Assembly (NCBI GenBank): GCA_017848855.1 | Contig: JAFIHF010000013.1 | Location: 73,867-137,866, forward strand | Direction: 5' to 3' | DNA: 64,000 nucleotides | Origin: Rhodanobacter denitrificans | Lineage (GTDB): Bacteria; Pseudomonadota; Gammaproteobacteria; Xanthomonadales; Rhodanobacteraceae | Shown here: piece by piece, positions 1 through 9,462 of the stretch | Position numbering within the stretch: position 1 is the first letter of the stretch | How the letters are laid out: each line of letters begins with the position of its first letter | Position numbers and translations under genes: made by a program | Notes under the pieces: model-generated | Databases searched by the model: none | What the model was told of the DNA's origin: nothing | Seen by the model: the letters and a program-made list of their open reading frames with translations, nothing else

Positions 1-39
1 AGCCGGCTGCGCGGCATCGCGTCAACCGAGCCGGGCGCG

Positions 40-972
40 TCACGCCGCTCCCAGCGCCTTGCGCACCATCGCCGCGAAGCGCGCATGATCCACCTCCAGC
101 ACGATGCGCGCCTGCGCGGGGCGGCGCAGCCGGTTGGCCCAGTCCACCACGGTGGCGCCGCGGGTGAGGCGGCCGTCCAGTTCCACCGCCACCGCGCGGG
201 TCTCGCTGCGGGTGACGATGGACGGATCGATCGCCACCGCCATCGCCAGCGCGTCGGCGGCGACCACGCCGCGGCGGTCGTGTTCCGCGTTGTAGTCGCG
301 CGCGGTGCGGAACACCCGGCCGAAGAACTTCGCGCGCGCGTCGCCGGCCGCCAGCCAGGCGTCGAACTCGCCGTCGTCGAAGCCGTGGCGCAGGGTGGCC
401 TCCCAGTCGACCAGGTCGAACCGGGGGAACGCCTCGAACACCACGTGCGCGGCCTCGGGATCGAAGCCGACGTTGAACTCGGCGGGAATTTTGCCGGTGT
501 TGCCGTGGCCGGTCACCGCGCCGCCCATCACCACCAGCCGCTTCACCCGCTGCGGCAGCGTGGGGTCGAGCTTGAGCGCCAGCGCGAGGTTGGTCAGCGG
601 CGCCAGCGCCACCAGGGTCAGTTCGCCGGGGCGCTCGCGGCTGAGCCGCAACAGTGCCAGCGCCGCCGCCTCGGGCTCCGCCACCGCCTGCGGCTCGGGA
701 AAACCGACGTCGCCGAGGCCGTCCGCGCCGTGCACGAAGGCCGCGTCCTCCTCCGGCGCGCGCACCAGCGGCGTGGCGCAACCGGCGTACACCGGGAAGC
801 TGGCGTCCAGCAGATCGCGCAAGGTGCACGCGTTGCGCACGGTGTGGTCCAGGCCCACGTTGCCGGCGGCCACGCTCAACGCCGCGATGTCGGCATGCGC
901 GTGCGCCATCAGGATCGCCAGCGCGTCGTCCACGCCGGGGTCGGTGTCGATCAGCAGTTGCGGTTTCGTCAT
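40..972 (-). CDS. Nucleoside hydrolase (inosine/uridine-preferring, IUNH family)
   Basis: ORF 40..1008(-). The N-terminal DTDPGVDDALAILMA aspartate cluster is diagnostic of IUNH hydrolases. Start set at ATG 972 (MTKPQLLIDTDPG). Confidence 0.85.
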   Translation of the reverse strand: MTKPQLLIDTDPGVDDALAILMAHAHADIAALSVAAGNVGLDHTVRNACTLRDLLDASFPVYAGCATPLVRAPEEDAAFVHGADGLGDVGFPEPQAVAEPEAAALALLRLSRERPGELTLVALAPLTNLALALKLDPTLPQRVKRLVVMGGAVTGHGNTGKIPAEFNVGFDPEAAHVVFEAFPRFDLVDWEATLRHGFDDGEFDAWLAAGDARAKFFGRVFRTARDYNAEHDRRGVVAADALAMAVAIDPSIVTRSETRAVAVELDGRLTRGATVVDWANRLRRPAQARIVLEVDHARFAAMVRKALGAA

Positions 973-974
973 AG

Positions 975-1195
975 GCGGATGATCGCAAGAATTTAAAAGT
1001 GCGGCCATGGATGGCCGCCCGTTTGATCTTGGCGATCAGGGATGATCGCAAGAGTGTTGAAGAGTGCAGCCAAGGATGGCTGCCCGTTTGATCTTGCGGC
1101 CACCATCCATGGCGGCCGCCCTTCGGGCCATCGCTGACGCGATGTCAAAAATCGCTCCAGGCGATTTTTTCGCGATCAGGGACGATCGCAAAAAT
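975..1195. repeat. REP-like intergenic repeat cluster (two ~55-nt tandem units plus a partial third copy, with GC-rich hairpins)
   Basis: Units 978-1031 and 1040-1096 align by eye (GATGATCGCAAGA...GCGGCCATGGATGGCCGC or GCAGCCAAGGATGGCTGC...CCGTTTGATCTTG). GCGATCAGGGA(T/C)GATCGCAA recurs at 1033 and 1172. An extra hairpin, GGCCACCAT-CC-ATGGCGGCC, lies near 1098-1118. Confidence 0.7.
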
Positions 1196-3297
1196 CAAGC
1201 CCGCGCATAGCGCGCTGCGCCGCCGATCCAGCGCGCGATCAACCGATCCGCCTCGCGCGGGTGCGCGACCAGCAGGCGCTCGCCCACCTGCTGCACGGCG
1301 GGCAGCAGGTGGGCGTCGCGGGACAGGTCGGCGATGCGGAAGCTGAGCTGGCCGGTCTGGCGCGTGCCCAGCACTTCGCCGGGGCCGCGCAGTTCCAGGT
1401 CCTTCTCGGCGATGCGGAAGCCGTCGTTGGTCTCGCGCATCACTTCCAGGCGCTCGCGCGCGAGCTGGCCCAGCGGCGGCTGGTACAGCAGCACGCAGTT
1501 GGAAGCCACCGCGCCGCGCCCCACCCGGCCGCGCAGCTGGTGCAGCTGGGCCAGACCCAGGCGCTCGGCGTTCTCGATCACCATCAGGCTGGCGTTGGGC
1601 ACGTCCACGCCCACCTCGATCACCGTGGTGGCGACCAGCACGGCAAGCTCGCCGGCCTTGAAGGCGTCCATCACCGCTTGCTTGTCCTTCGGTTTCAGGC
1701 GGCCGTGGATCAGGCCCACCTTGCAGTCGACGAGCGCGGCGGAAAGCTCCGCGTGCGCCACCTCGGCGGCCTGCGCGCGCAGTTGCTCGGATTCCTCGAT
1801 CAGGGTGCACACCCAGTACGCCTGGCGCCCGGCGGCGCAGGCCGCGCGGATGCGTTCGATCACCTCGGCGCGGCGCGCGTTGGACACCGCCACGGTCTGC
1901 ACCGGCGTGCGTCCGGGCGGCAGTTCGTCGATCGCGGAAACGTCGAGGTCGGCGTAGGCGCTCATCGCCAGCGTGCGCGGGATCGGCGTGGCGGTGAGCA
2001 CCAGCTGGTGCGGTACCTCGCCGCGCGCGTGGTCGGCGCCCTTGTCGTGCAGCGCGAGGCGCTGCTGCACGCCGAAACGGTGCTGCTCGTCCACGATCAC
2101 CAGGCCCAGCCGCGCGAACGCCACGCCTTCCTGCATCAGCGCGTGCGTGCCCACCGTCACCGGCGCGCCCGCGGCCACGCGCGCCAGCGCCGCCTGCCGC
2201 GCCTTGCCCTGCTGCTTGCCGGCCAGCCACTCGACCTCCACGCCCAGCGGCGCGAGCCAGTGACGGAAGTTGCGCAGGTGCTGCTCGGCAAGCAGTTCGG
2301 TGGGCGCCATCAGCGCCACCTGGTGGCCCGACTCCACCGCGGCCAGCGCGGCCAGCGCGGCGACCACGGTCTTGCCCGAACCCACGTCGCCCTGCACCAG
2401 CCGCAGCATGGGGCTGGCCTGCGCGAGATCGCGGCGCACCTCCGCATCCACGCGCTGCTGCGCGGCGGTGAGCGCGAACGGCAGCGCGGCCAGCAGTTGC
2501 CGGCGCAGCGGCCCGTCGCCGGCGAGCTTCGGTGCGCGGCGCCGCTGCATCGCGGCGCGCATGCGCTTCAGGCTCAGATGCTGGGTCAGCAGTTCCTCGA
2601 AGGCGAGCCGCTGCTGCGCGGGGTGGCGGCCGTGCAGCAACAGGTCGAGCCGCGCATCCGGCGCCGGCCGATGCACGGTGAGCAGCGCCTCGCGCAGCGA
2701 GGCGAGGCCGTGAGCCGCACACAGTTCGGGCGGGATCAGCTCCAGCGCCGACTCCGGCGGCAGCAGCGCCAGCGCCTTGGCGATCACGCCGGCCAGCCGC
2801 TTCTGGCCCAGGCCTTCGGTCGTGGGGTAGACCGGGCTCAGCCGGTCCTCCACCGTCACCGCCTCGCCGGCAGCGAGCCGGCGATACTGCGGGTGCACCA
2901 TCTCCAGGCCTTGCGCGGCGAAGCGCACTTCGCCGAAGCACAGCAGGCGCGCACCCGGCGCGAGCTGCTCGGCCTGCGCGCGGTTGAAGTGGAAGAAGCG
3001 CAGCTGCAGCGTCTGCCGCGAGTCGTCGGCAATCGCCACCTTGAGCTGCGGGCGGTAGCGGAAGCCGCGCTCCACCGCCTCCACCACGCCGACCACCTGC
3101 GCGCTCTGGCCGGGGCGCAGGTCGGCGATCGCGGTGACGCGGGTGCGGTCCTCGTAGCGCAGCGGCAGGTGGAACCACAGGTCCTGCACGCGCTCCAGTC
3201 CCAGCTTGTGCAGCAGGGCCGCGAGTGCCGGACCCACGCCCGGCAGCGACGACACGGGCTGCATGCCCGTGTCGTCGACTGCGGTGGCGACGTTCAT
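1195..3297 (-). CDS. recG: ATP-dependent DNA helicase RecG
   Basis: ORF 1195..3303(-). It has the LPGVGPALAALLHKLGL...HLPLRYEDRT N-terminus, Walker A GDVGSGKT and the DEQHRFG box. The track start at 3303 is TTG; the first ATG is at 3297. Confidence 0.95.
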   Translation of the reverse strand: MNVATAVDDTGMQPVSSLPGVGPALAALLHKLGLERVQDLWFHLPLRYEDRTRVTAIADLRPGQSAQVVGVVEAVERGFRYRPQLKVAIADDSRQTLQLRFFHFNRAQAEQLAPGARLLCFGEVRFAAQGLEMVHPQYRRLAAGEAVTVEDRLSPVYPTTEGLGQKRLAGVIAKALALLPPESALELIPPELCAAHGLASLREALLTVHRPAPDARLDLLLHGRHPAQQRLAFEELLTQHLSLKRMRAAMQRRRAPKLAGDGPLRRQLLAALPFALTAAQQRVDAEVRRDLAQASPMLRLVQGDVGSGKTVVAALAALAAVESGHQVALMAPTELLAEQHLRNFRHWLAPLGVEVEWLAGKQQGKARQAALARVAAGAPVTVGTHALMQEGVAFARLGLVIVDEQHRFGVQQRLALHDKGADHARGEVPHQLVLTATPIPRTLAMSAYADLDVSAIDELPPGRTPVQTVAVSNARRAEVIERIRAACAAGRQAYWVCTLIEESEQLRAQAAEVAHAELSAALVDCKVGLIHGRLKPKDKQAVMDAFKAGELAVLVATTVIEVGVDVPNASLMVIENAERLGLAQLHQLRGRVGRGAVASNCVLLYQPPLGQLARERLEVMRETNDGFRIAEKDLELRGPGEVLGTRQTGQLSFRIADLSRDAHLLPAVQQVGERLLVAHPREADRLIARWIGGAARYARA

Positions 3298-3313
3298 CGC
3301 CAAGGCGAACGGA

Positions 3314-3697
3314 TCAGCCCAGCACCATGATCGCGTCCACCTCCACCTGCACGCCCTTGGGCAGCGCGGAGACCTCGATGGTGGAACGCGCGGGGTACGG
3401 CGCCTGGAAGTATTCGGCCATCACCGCGTTCACCGCGGCGAAGTTGGCGAGGTCGGTGACGTAGATGCCCACGCGCACGAATTGCGCCAGCGAACCGCCG
3501 GCCGCCTGCGCCACCGCGACCAGGTTGTCGAACACGCGGCGCGTCTGCGCCGTGATGTCGCCCTCGACCACGTTGCCGGTGGCGGGGTCGAGCGGGATCT
3601 GGCCGGAGAAGTACACCGTGTCGCCGGTGCGCACGGCCTGCGAGTACGGGCCGATCGCGGCGGGGGCCTGGGTGGTGGCGATGATCTGGCGGGACAT
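3314..3697 (-). CDS. ridA: RidA/YjgF family reactive-intermediate deaminase
   Basis: This is the C-terminal 127 codons of ORF 3314..5305(-): [22 protein letters not shown]...[26 protein letters not shown], a typical YjgF/RidA sequence. ATG verified at 3695-3697. Confidence 0.9.
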   Translation of the reverse strand: MSRQIIATTQAPAAIGPYSQAVRTGDTVYFSGQIPLDPATGNVVEGDITAQTRRVFDNLVAVAQAAGGSLAQFVRVGIYVTDLANFAAVNAVMAEYFQAPYPARSTIEVSALPKGVQVEVDAIMVLG

Positions 3698-3770
3698 GGG
3701 GGTTCCTCGGGATTGGGGATTCGCAAAGGCCGAAGCGTAGCGCGCCCGGGCGAATCTGCCCACTCGAAGC

Positions 3771-3822
3771 CCCCTCACCCCAGCCCTCTCCCCCGACGGC
3801 TTCGCCGTCGGGGGAGAGGGAG
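3771..3822. repeat. REP hairpin, family A (CCCCTCACCCCAGCCCTCTCCCCC-N-GGGGGAGAGGGAG)
   Basis: The inverted repeat CCCTCTCCCCC/GGGGGAGAGGG with the flanking GGGGTGAGGGG-type motif is seen directly. Related copies lie at 28369-28423, 29064-29102 and 30004-30045. Confidence 0.8.
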
Positions 3823-3829
3823 TGCTCTT

Positions 3830-3896
3830 CCGAGTCCCGAGTCCCGAGTCCCGAGTCCCGAGTCCCGAGTCCCGAGTCCCGAGTCCCGAGTCCCGA
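3830..3896. repeat. Perfect heptanucleotide tandem repeat (CCGAGTC x9 plus a partial unit)
   Basis: Counted directly at 3830-3892 (nine identical units), followed by CCGA. The array abuts the spoT stop codon (3898-3900). Confidence 0.95.
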
Positions 3897-3897
3897 T

Positions 3898-6066
3898 CTA
3901 CAAGGGATACCGATAGACCCCGCTCACCACGCCGGTGCGGCGCACGCGGCGGATCACGTCGGCGAGGTGCTTGCGGTTCTTCACCTCGATCGCGAACAGC
4001 AGGGTGGCGGCGGCCACGTCGCGTTCGGCGTACTCCACGTTCTCGATGTTGGAGTCGGCCGCCGCGATCGCCGCGGCGATGGTGGCGAGCACGCCGGGGC
4101 GGTTGATCACCTCGATGCGCAGTTCGGCGCGGTAGTCGCCCTGCACGTCGCGGTCCCACTCGATCGCCACGCAGCGCTCGGGCGACTTGCGCAGCTCGGC
4201 CACGTTCGGGCATTCCTCGCGGTGCACCACGATGCCCTTGCCCGGCGACAGGTAGCCGATGATCGCGTCGCCCGGCAGCGGATGGCAGCAGTTCGCGAAG
4301 CTGAGCACGCCGCGCTCGGCGCCAGTGATGCGGATCTTTTCGTGGGCGGAGGCGGCGCCGGGCACCGCTTCGTCGGAGCTGCCGTCGCGCAGCGCGAGCA
4401 GGTGGCGCGCCACCACGTCGGGCATGCGGTTGCCGAGGCCGATCTCGGCCAGCAGCTCCTCCAGCCGCTTCAGCCGCGCCTCGTGCAGGAAGCGGTTCAG
4501 CACCTCGGCCGGGATCGCGTCGAGGTTGCTGCCGCGCGCGTCCAGCGCGCGGTCGAGCATGCGGTGGCCGAAGTCCACCGCATCCTCGTGCTCCATGTGC
4601 TTCAGGTACTGGCGGATCGCGGTGCGCGCCTTGCCGGTGACCACCGACTCCAGCCACGCCGGGTTCGGCACCGCCGAGGGCGCGGTGATGATCTCCACCA
4701 GCTGCCCCGACTCCAGCCGCGTGCGCAGCGGCAGCAGCTTCTTGTCCACGCGCGCGGCCACCGCGTGGTCGCCCACGTCGGTGTGCACGGCGTAGGCGAA
4801 GTCCAGCGCGGTGGCGTTGCGCGGCAGCGCGAGGATGTCGCCGCGCGGGGTGAACAGGTAGACCTCGTCGGGGAACAGGTCGATCTTGACGTTCTCGATG
4901 AACTCGGCCGAGGAGGCGGTGTTGACCTGGTTGTCGGCCAGCGCGGACAGCCATTCGCGGGCGCGCGCCTGCGCGCTGTTGGCCGGACCGGAGTCGGTCT
5001 TGTAGGCCCAGTGCGCGGCCACGCCGCGCTCTGCCACCGAATCCATCTCGGCGGTGCGGATCTGCACCTCGATCGGCGCGCCGAACGGCCCCAGCAGCAC
5101 GGTGTGCAGCGACTGGTAGCCGTTCGCCTTGGGGATCGCGATGAAATCCTTGAAGCGCTTGTCGACCGGCTTGTACAGCGCGTGCACCACGCCCAGCGCC
5201 ATGTAGCAGTTCATCGCGCTCTCGACCACCACGCGGAAACCGTACACGTCCATCAGCTGGGCGAAGCTCTTGTGCTCGTTGTGCATCTTCGAATAGATGC
5301 TCCACGGCGACTTGATCCGCCCCACCACGTGCGCCGGCAGGCGCTCGGCGGCGAGGCGCTGCGACAGCGCGGTCTCGATCCGCCCCATCGCCTCGCGGCG
5401 GTTGCCCAGCGCGGCGCGGATGCGTTCGCTGATGACGCGGTAGCGGTCCGGGTACAGCGCGCGGAAGCCGAGGTCCTGCAGCTCGGCCTTGATCTTGTTC
5501 ATGCCCAGGCGCTGGGCGATCGGCGCGTAGATCTCCAGCGTCTCGCGCGCGATGCGGCGGCGCGAGGGCGCGTCCTTCGCGCCCAGCGTGCGCATGTTGT
5601 GCAGGCGGTCGGCGAGCTTGATCAGGATCACGCGCAGGTCGCGCGCCATCGCCAGCAGCATCTTGCGGAAGCTCTCCGCGTCCGCCTCCTGGCGGCTGCC
5701 GAAGCGCATTTTGTCCAGCTTGGTGACGCCGTCGACCAGCTCGGCCACGACCTCGCCGAACTCGCCGGCCAGCGCGCTGCGGCTGAGCGCGGTGTCTTCC
5801 AGGGTGTCGTGCAGGATCGCCGCGATGATGGTCTCGGCATCCATGCCCAGCTCGGCGAGGATGCCGGCCACGGCGACCGGATGGGTGATGTAGGGCTCGC
5901 CGCTCTTGCGGGTCTGGCCCTCGTGCGCCTGCGCGCCGACCTGGAACGCGCGCAGCACGCGCTCGAGCTGCGGCGCCGGCAGGTAACCGAGCTGGTCCCG
6001 CAGCGCCTGCACGTAGGGCGGCAGCGCGGCGGGATCGATGACGGTTGGCGTGCTGGCGGCGGTCAT
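3898..6066 (-). CDS. spoT: Bifunctional (p)ppGpp synthetase/hydrolase SpoT
   Basis: ORF 3898..6081(-). It has the HD-domain motif ILHDTLEDT, the synthetase region ([12 protein letters not shown]) and long TGS/ACT-type C-terminal regions. The track start is TTG; ATG at 6066 (MTAASTP). Confidence 0.95.
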   Translation of the reverse strand: MTAASTPTVIDPAALPPYVQALRDQLGYLPAPQLERVLRAFQVGAQAHEGQTRKSGEPYITHPVAVAGILAELGMDAETIIAAILHDTLEDTALSRSALAGEFGEVVAELVDGVTKLDKMRFGSRQEADAESFRKMLLAMARDLRVILIKLADRLHNMRTLGAKDAPSRRRIARETLEIYAPIAQRLGMNKIKAELQDLGFRALYPDRYRVISERIRAALGNRREAMGRIETALSQRLAAERLPAHVVGRIKSPWSIYSKMHNEHKSFAQLMDVYGFRVVVESAMNCYMALGVVHALYKPVDKRFKDFIAIPKANGYQSLHTVLLGPFGAPIEVQIRTAEMDSVAERGVAAHWAYKTDSGPANSAQARAREWLSALADNQVNTASSAEFIENVKIDLFPDEVYLFTPRGDILALPRNATALDFAYAVHTDVGDHAVAARVDKKLLPLRTRLESGQLVEIITAPSAVPNPAWLESVVTGKARTAIRQYLKHMEHEDAVDFGHRMLDRALDARGSNLDAIPAEVLNRFLHEARLKRLEELLAEIGLGNRMPDVVARHLLALRDGSSDEAVPGAASAHEKIRITGAERGVLSFANCCHPLPGDAIIGYLSPGKGIVVHREECPNVAELRKSPERCVAIEWDRDVQGDYRAELRIEVINRPGVLATIAAAIAAADSNIENVEYAERDVAAATLLFAIEVKNRKHLADVIRRVRRTGVVSGVYRYPL

Positions 6067-6193
6067 GGCTGGACTCGCCAACGGTATCGCGCCGACGGCG
6101 CGGTCATGCGGTCTGGCGGAACGCGGCCGGCCGTGCGTGCAGGCGCATCGGCCAGCCCGATGCGATGCATGCGCGGTCTACAGCCGCCCCCCA

Positions 6194-6484
6194 TCAATCG
6201 TCGCCGACCTTGGACAGGTCGTCGTCCACCTCGGCGGCAGCCCATTCCAGCGCCTCGCGCTCGGCACGCTCGCGCTCGGCCTTGTCGATCTCGTCGATGG
6301 TGGCCTGGTCAATGCGGCGACCGGCGATCTCGCGCAATGCCAGCACGGTGGGCTTGTCATTGTCGGGATTGACCGCCGGCTCGGCACCGTTGGCGAGCTG
6401 GCGGGCGCGCTTGGTCGCCATCAGCACCAGCTCGAATCGGTTGTCGACCACCTCGAGGCAGTCCTCCACGGTAATGCGTGCCAT
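6194..6484 (-). CDS. rpoZ: DNA-directed RNA polymerase subunit omega
   Basis: The product [30 protein letters not shown] is a canonical RpoZ N-terminus. The gene lies directly upstream of spoT. Confidence 0.95.
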   Translation of the reverse strand: MARITVEDCLEVVDNRFELVLMATKRARQLANGAEPAVNPDNDKPTVLALREIAGRRIDQATIDEIDKAERERAEREALEWAAAEVDDDLSKVGDD

Positions 6485-6689
6485 GCCAAATCCTCAGAAA
6501 ATAGAGACTTATACAGGTCGTCAGTGTAGGGCAACCGGCGCTGGCCTGGCAATGCGAAGCGCGCGTACCATGTGCGGTTCCGCCGCCGGCCCGCGCAAGC
6601 GGGACGAAACGCGTGCAGGATATAAGAACCAAACGGTACACTATTGAGGCTCCAGCGCCTCCAGCACGTCCCCACCCTGGCCGCGACCC

Positions 6690-7529
6690 ATGCCGACGTT
6701 TGCCCTGCTTCGCTCCCATCTGATGCACCGCAGCCTGGCGCTGCTCGCCGTGGTGCTGCTCGCCGGCTGCGCGATCGCGCCGCCGCGCACCGACGACCCG
6801 CTGCAGAAGGTGAACCGCAAGGTCTACGCGTTCAACGACACGCTGGACAAGGCGGTGCTGCGCCCCGCCGCGGTGGGCTACCGCAAGGTGACCAACCCGC
6901 CGGTGCGGCGCTCGGTCAACAACTTCTTCACCAACATCCAGATGCCGATCACGATCGCCAACGACCTGCTGCAGGCGCGGCCTTCCGAGGCGCTGGGCAG
7001 CACCGGGCGCTTCCTGATCAACCTCACCGTGGGCGTGGGCGGCATCTTCGACCCGGCCACCCGGCTGGGTCTGCCGCTGCAGCCCACCGACTTCGGCATC
7101 ACGCTGGCGCGCTGGGGCACGCCCGAGGGCGACTTCCTGATGCTGCCCCTGCTCGGCCCCAGCACGCTGCGCGACGTGTGGCACTACCCGGTGGACGGCT
7201 ACTACTTCGACCCGCTGAGCATCATCGCGCGCACCCACTACTTCAACTACGGCCAGTACTACCTGCCGCAGGTGCTGTACGTGGTGTCGATGCGCTCGCA
7301 GCTGATCGACGCCGAAGGCTTCCTGCAGTCGGCCTACGACCCCTACGCCTTCCTGCGCGACGCCTACCGCCAGCGCCGGCTGTACATGCTGTACGACGGC
7401 AACCCGCCGGCCGAGGTGATCGAGAAGATGCAGGGCGTGGACCAGCCCGACTTCGATCCCGACGAGCTGCTGCAGCAGCAGAAGCAGTGGGAACAGCAGC
7501 AGTCGAAGCCGGCGCCGGCGAAGCACTGA
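6690..7529 (+). CDS. mlaA: Phospholipid-binding lipoprotein MlaA (VacJ)
   Basis: It has the lipobox LLAGC and VacJ family motifs (DPLQKVNRKVYAFND, NFFTN). An alternative ATG is at 6723 (MHRSLALL). Confidence 0.9.
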   Translation: MPTFALLRSHLMHRSLALLAVVLLAGCAIAPPRTDDPLQKVNRKVYAFNDTLDKAVLRPAAVGYRKVTNPPVRRSVNNFFTNIQMPITIANDLLQARPSEALGSTGRFLINLTVGVGGIFDPATRLGLPLQPTDFGITLARWGTPEGDFLMLPLLGPSTLRDVWHYPVDGYYFDPLSIIARTHYFNYGQYYLPQVLYVVSMRSQLIDAEGFLQSAYDPYAFLRDAYRQRRLYMLYDGNPPAEVIEKMQGVDQPDFDPDELLQQQKQWEQQQSKPAPAKH

Positions 7530-7551
7530 GGCGCCTGCACGGGCAGAGACG

Positions 7552-7577
7552 AAAACGGGGCCGAACGGCCCCGTTTT
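7552..7577. terminator. Bidirectional rho-independent terminator between the convergent genes mlaA and mlaB
   Basis: The sequence AAAACGGGGCC-GAA-CGGCCCCGTTTT is a perfect stem flanked by an A-run and a T-run. Confidence 0.8.
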
Positions 7578-7599
7578 CGCGTGTGCGTGCCGTCATCGC

Positions 7600-7902
7600 T
7601 CAGGCCAGCAGGGTCTCCACGCCACTGACCCGGGCCAGCGTGCGCAAGCCGTCAGGCACGTGCTGCAGGCTCAGCGCCTGGCCGCGGCGGCGCGCCTCGG
7701 CCAGCACCGCCAGCAGGCAGGCCAGCCCCGCGCTGTCGCAGCTGTCCACCCCGGCCAGGTCGAGCCGGGCACGGTCGCCGGGCCGCAATGCCTCGCCCAG
7801 CGCCTGCAGCGCCGCAGCGGCGGTGGCGAAGCTCAGCGTGCCGGACAGCGCCAGCGTGCCCGGCGTGCCGCGGTCCAGCCGGAACGCGCCGTCAGCCGCC
7901 AT
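7600..7902 (-). CDS. mlaB: STAS-domain protein MlaB
   Basis: It is a 100-aa STAS/anti-sigma-antagonist-like protein (LDLAGVDSCDSAGLACLL) and the last gene of the mla operon. It overlaps mlaC by 11 nt. Confidence 0.8.
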   Translation of the reverse strand: MAADGAFRLDRGTPGTLALSGTLSFATAAAALQALGEALRPGDRARLDLAGVDSCDSAGLACLLAVLAEARRRGQALSLQHVPDGLRTLARVSGVETLLA

Positions 7903-8566
7903 GGGGCTTGCCGTTCTGTTCCATCTCCTTCAGCGCCAGGTCGCCCTGGGTCTGCAGGTTCTTGATCAGCTGGTCGAGGCCGACCTTGCGGATCTCCGCA
8001 TCGACCTGGTTGCGGTAGTTGGTGATGTAGGAGATGCCCTCGATCACCACGTCGTAGGCCTTCCACTCGCCGCTGGCGGTCTTGCGGAAGGCGAAGTCCA
8101 CCGACACCGTCTTGCCGTCGCCGGTGGCCACCTGGGTGCGCACCACGCTGCGCTTGGCGTTGAGGTCGCCGCTGTACGGCAGCACCTTCACCGCGCCGTT
8201 GGTGTAGTTGAGCAGGCCTTCCGCATAGCGGTGGGTGATCGAGTTGTAGAACGCCTTGGCGAACTGCGCGCGCTGCTCGGGCGAAGATTCGCGCGCGTGC
8301 TGGCCGAGCACCAGGATCGCCGCGTAGTCCACGTCGAAGTGCGGCAGGAACACCTGGTTGACGATGCCGATCAGCTTTTCGCGGTTCTTCTGCAGCTCGG
8401 CCTTCCGGCCGGCCACGTCGGCGTCGAGCTGCTTGGCGATGCCCTGCACCACCTGCTCCGGGGTCTGCTGGGCGGCGGCTTGCGGCGCGGCCTGCTGCGC
8501 GCAGACCGGCGCGGCGAGCGCGCCGCCGCAGGCAACGGCGATGGCGAAGACCAGATGACGCATCAT
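7892..8566 (-). CDS. mlaC: Periplasmic phospholipid-binding protein MlaC (Ttg2D)
   Basis: The signal peptide MMRHLVFAIAVACGGALAAPVCA is followed by a Tol-tolerance family body (FLPHFDVDYAAILVLG, FYNSITHRYA). ATG-ATG verified at 8561-8566. Confidence 0.85.
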   Translation of the reverse strand: MMRHLVFAIAVACGGALAAPVCAQQAAPQAAAQQTPEQVVQGIAKQLDADVAGRKAELQKNREKLIGIVNQVFLPHFDVDYAAILVLGQHARESSPEQRAQFAKAFYNSITHRYAEGLLNYTNGAVKVLPYSGDLNAKRSVVRTQVATGDGKTVSVDFAFRKTASGEWKAYDVVIEGISYITNYRNQVDAEIRKVGLDQLIKNLQTQGDLALKEMEQNGKPHGG

Positions 8567-8595
8567 GCGGAAACTCCTGTGTGCGGGGAACCGGC

Positions 8596-9462
8596 TCAGT
8601 GCTTGCCGGCGGGGGTGGCGGACGAGCCGGAGTCCTTCTTGTCGCCGCTGCCGGAACCGTTGACCAGGAACTTGCCGATCAGGTCTTCCAGCTGCATCGC
8701 CGACTGGGTGAGGATCATCTCGTCGCCGTTCTTCAGCATGTCCGGCGAACCGCCGGGCTGGATCGCAACGTACTGGCTGCCGATCAAACCGCTGGTGAAC
8801 ACGGCGGCGGAGGAGTCGTCGGGGATCTGGTTGTAGCGGTTGTCGATCGCCAGCGTCACCAGGGCATCCAGCTTGCCCGGCTCGGCCTGCACCGACAGCA
8901 CGCGGCCGATCGCCACGCCCGCCATCTTCACCGGCGAACCGGCCGAGAGCGTGCCCACGTTGCTGAAGCGCGCGGTGACGTCGTAGCTGCCGCCGATCGC
9001 GTCGGCGCCGCCGCCGGCGCCGAAGAACTTGCCGAGCATCTCCTCCAGCGGCTGGCTGGAACGGGTCAGCCCCAGCTTGCCGCCGTCGGCGATGTACTGC
9101 CTGGCGTGGCCGTACTCGATGCCCACGTACTGGTCGCCGAGCAGGCCGCTGGTGAACACCGTGGCCACCGAATCGACCGGGATGTCGGCATAGCGCTTGT
9201 CGATCGCGAGCTTCACGTCGGCCACCGGCGCGCCCTTGGCCAGCGCGATGGAAGCCACCTCGCCCACGCGCACGCCGGCGATCTTCACCGGGGCGCGCTC
9301 CTTGAGCTGGCCGATGTTCTCGAACTTGGCGTCCACCGTGTAGGTCGCCCCGTGGTGGCGGTTCGCCACCGAACTGGTCTGGGTGGCGAGATAGCCCAGC
9401 GCGGCGAAGCCGAGCACGATGAACAGGCCGGTGCCGACGGCATAGGATTTTCTCTGGCTCAC
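8596..9462 (-). CDS. mlaD: MlaD-like MCE protein with two tandem MCE domains
   Basis: It has an N-terminal TM segment (YAVGTGLFIVLGFAALGYL) and then two clearly homologous MCE repeats (YTVDAKFENIGQLKERAPVKIAGVRVGEV... and YDVTARFSNVGTLSAGSPVKMAGVAIGRV...). The likely start is GTG at 9462. Confidence 0.85.
   Translation of the reverse strand: MSQRKSYAVGTGLFIVLGFAALGYLATQTSSVANRHHGATYTVDAKFENIGQLKERAPVKIAGVRVGEVASIALAKGAPVADVKLAIDKRYADIPVDSVATVFTSGLLGDQYVGIEYGHARQYIADGGKLGLTRSSQPLEEMLGKFFGAGGGADAIGGSYDVTARFSNVGTLSAGSPVKMAGVAIGRVLSVQAEPGKLDALVTLAIDNRYNQIPDDSSAAVFTSGLIGSQYVAIQPGGSPDMLKNGDEMILTQSAMQLEDLIGKFLVNGSGSGDKKDSGSSATPAGKH

Noticed and set aside
1261-3330. A 689-aa ORF on the plus strand antisense to recG; similar ones are 85..996 and 1145..3178.
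   Set aside because: The products are Arg/Ala/Gly/His-rich with no recognisable motifs. The opposite strand encodes a textbook RecG (or nucleoside hydrolase). Long stop-free antisense frames are expected at ~70% GC.
3830-3896. The heptamer array as a possible CRISPR or coding repeat.
   Set aside because: The units are contiguous with no spacers, are only 7 nt long, and no cas genes are present. The array is outside any supported ORF.
3967-6372. An 801-aa plus-strand ORF across spoT, plus the 663-aa ORF 3314..5305(-).
   Set aside because: The first is antisense to SpoT and has low-complexity composition. Only the last 127 codons of 3314..5305 (ridA, from ATG 3697) are real. The remainder is an out-of-frame read across spoT.
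6357-8836. Long ORFs 6357..7526(-) and 6644..8836(+) spanning mlaA, mlaB and mlaC.
   Set aside because: They are frame-shifted or antisense reads of recognisable Mla genes. Their compositions are Arg/Ala/Pro-dominated.
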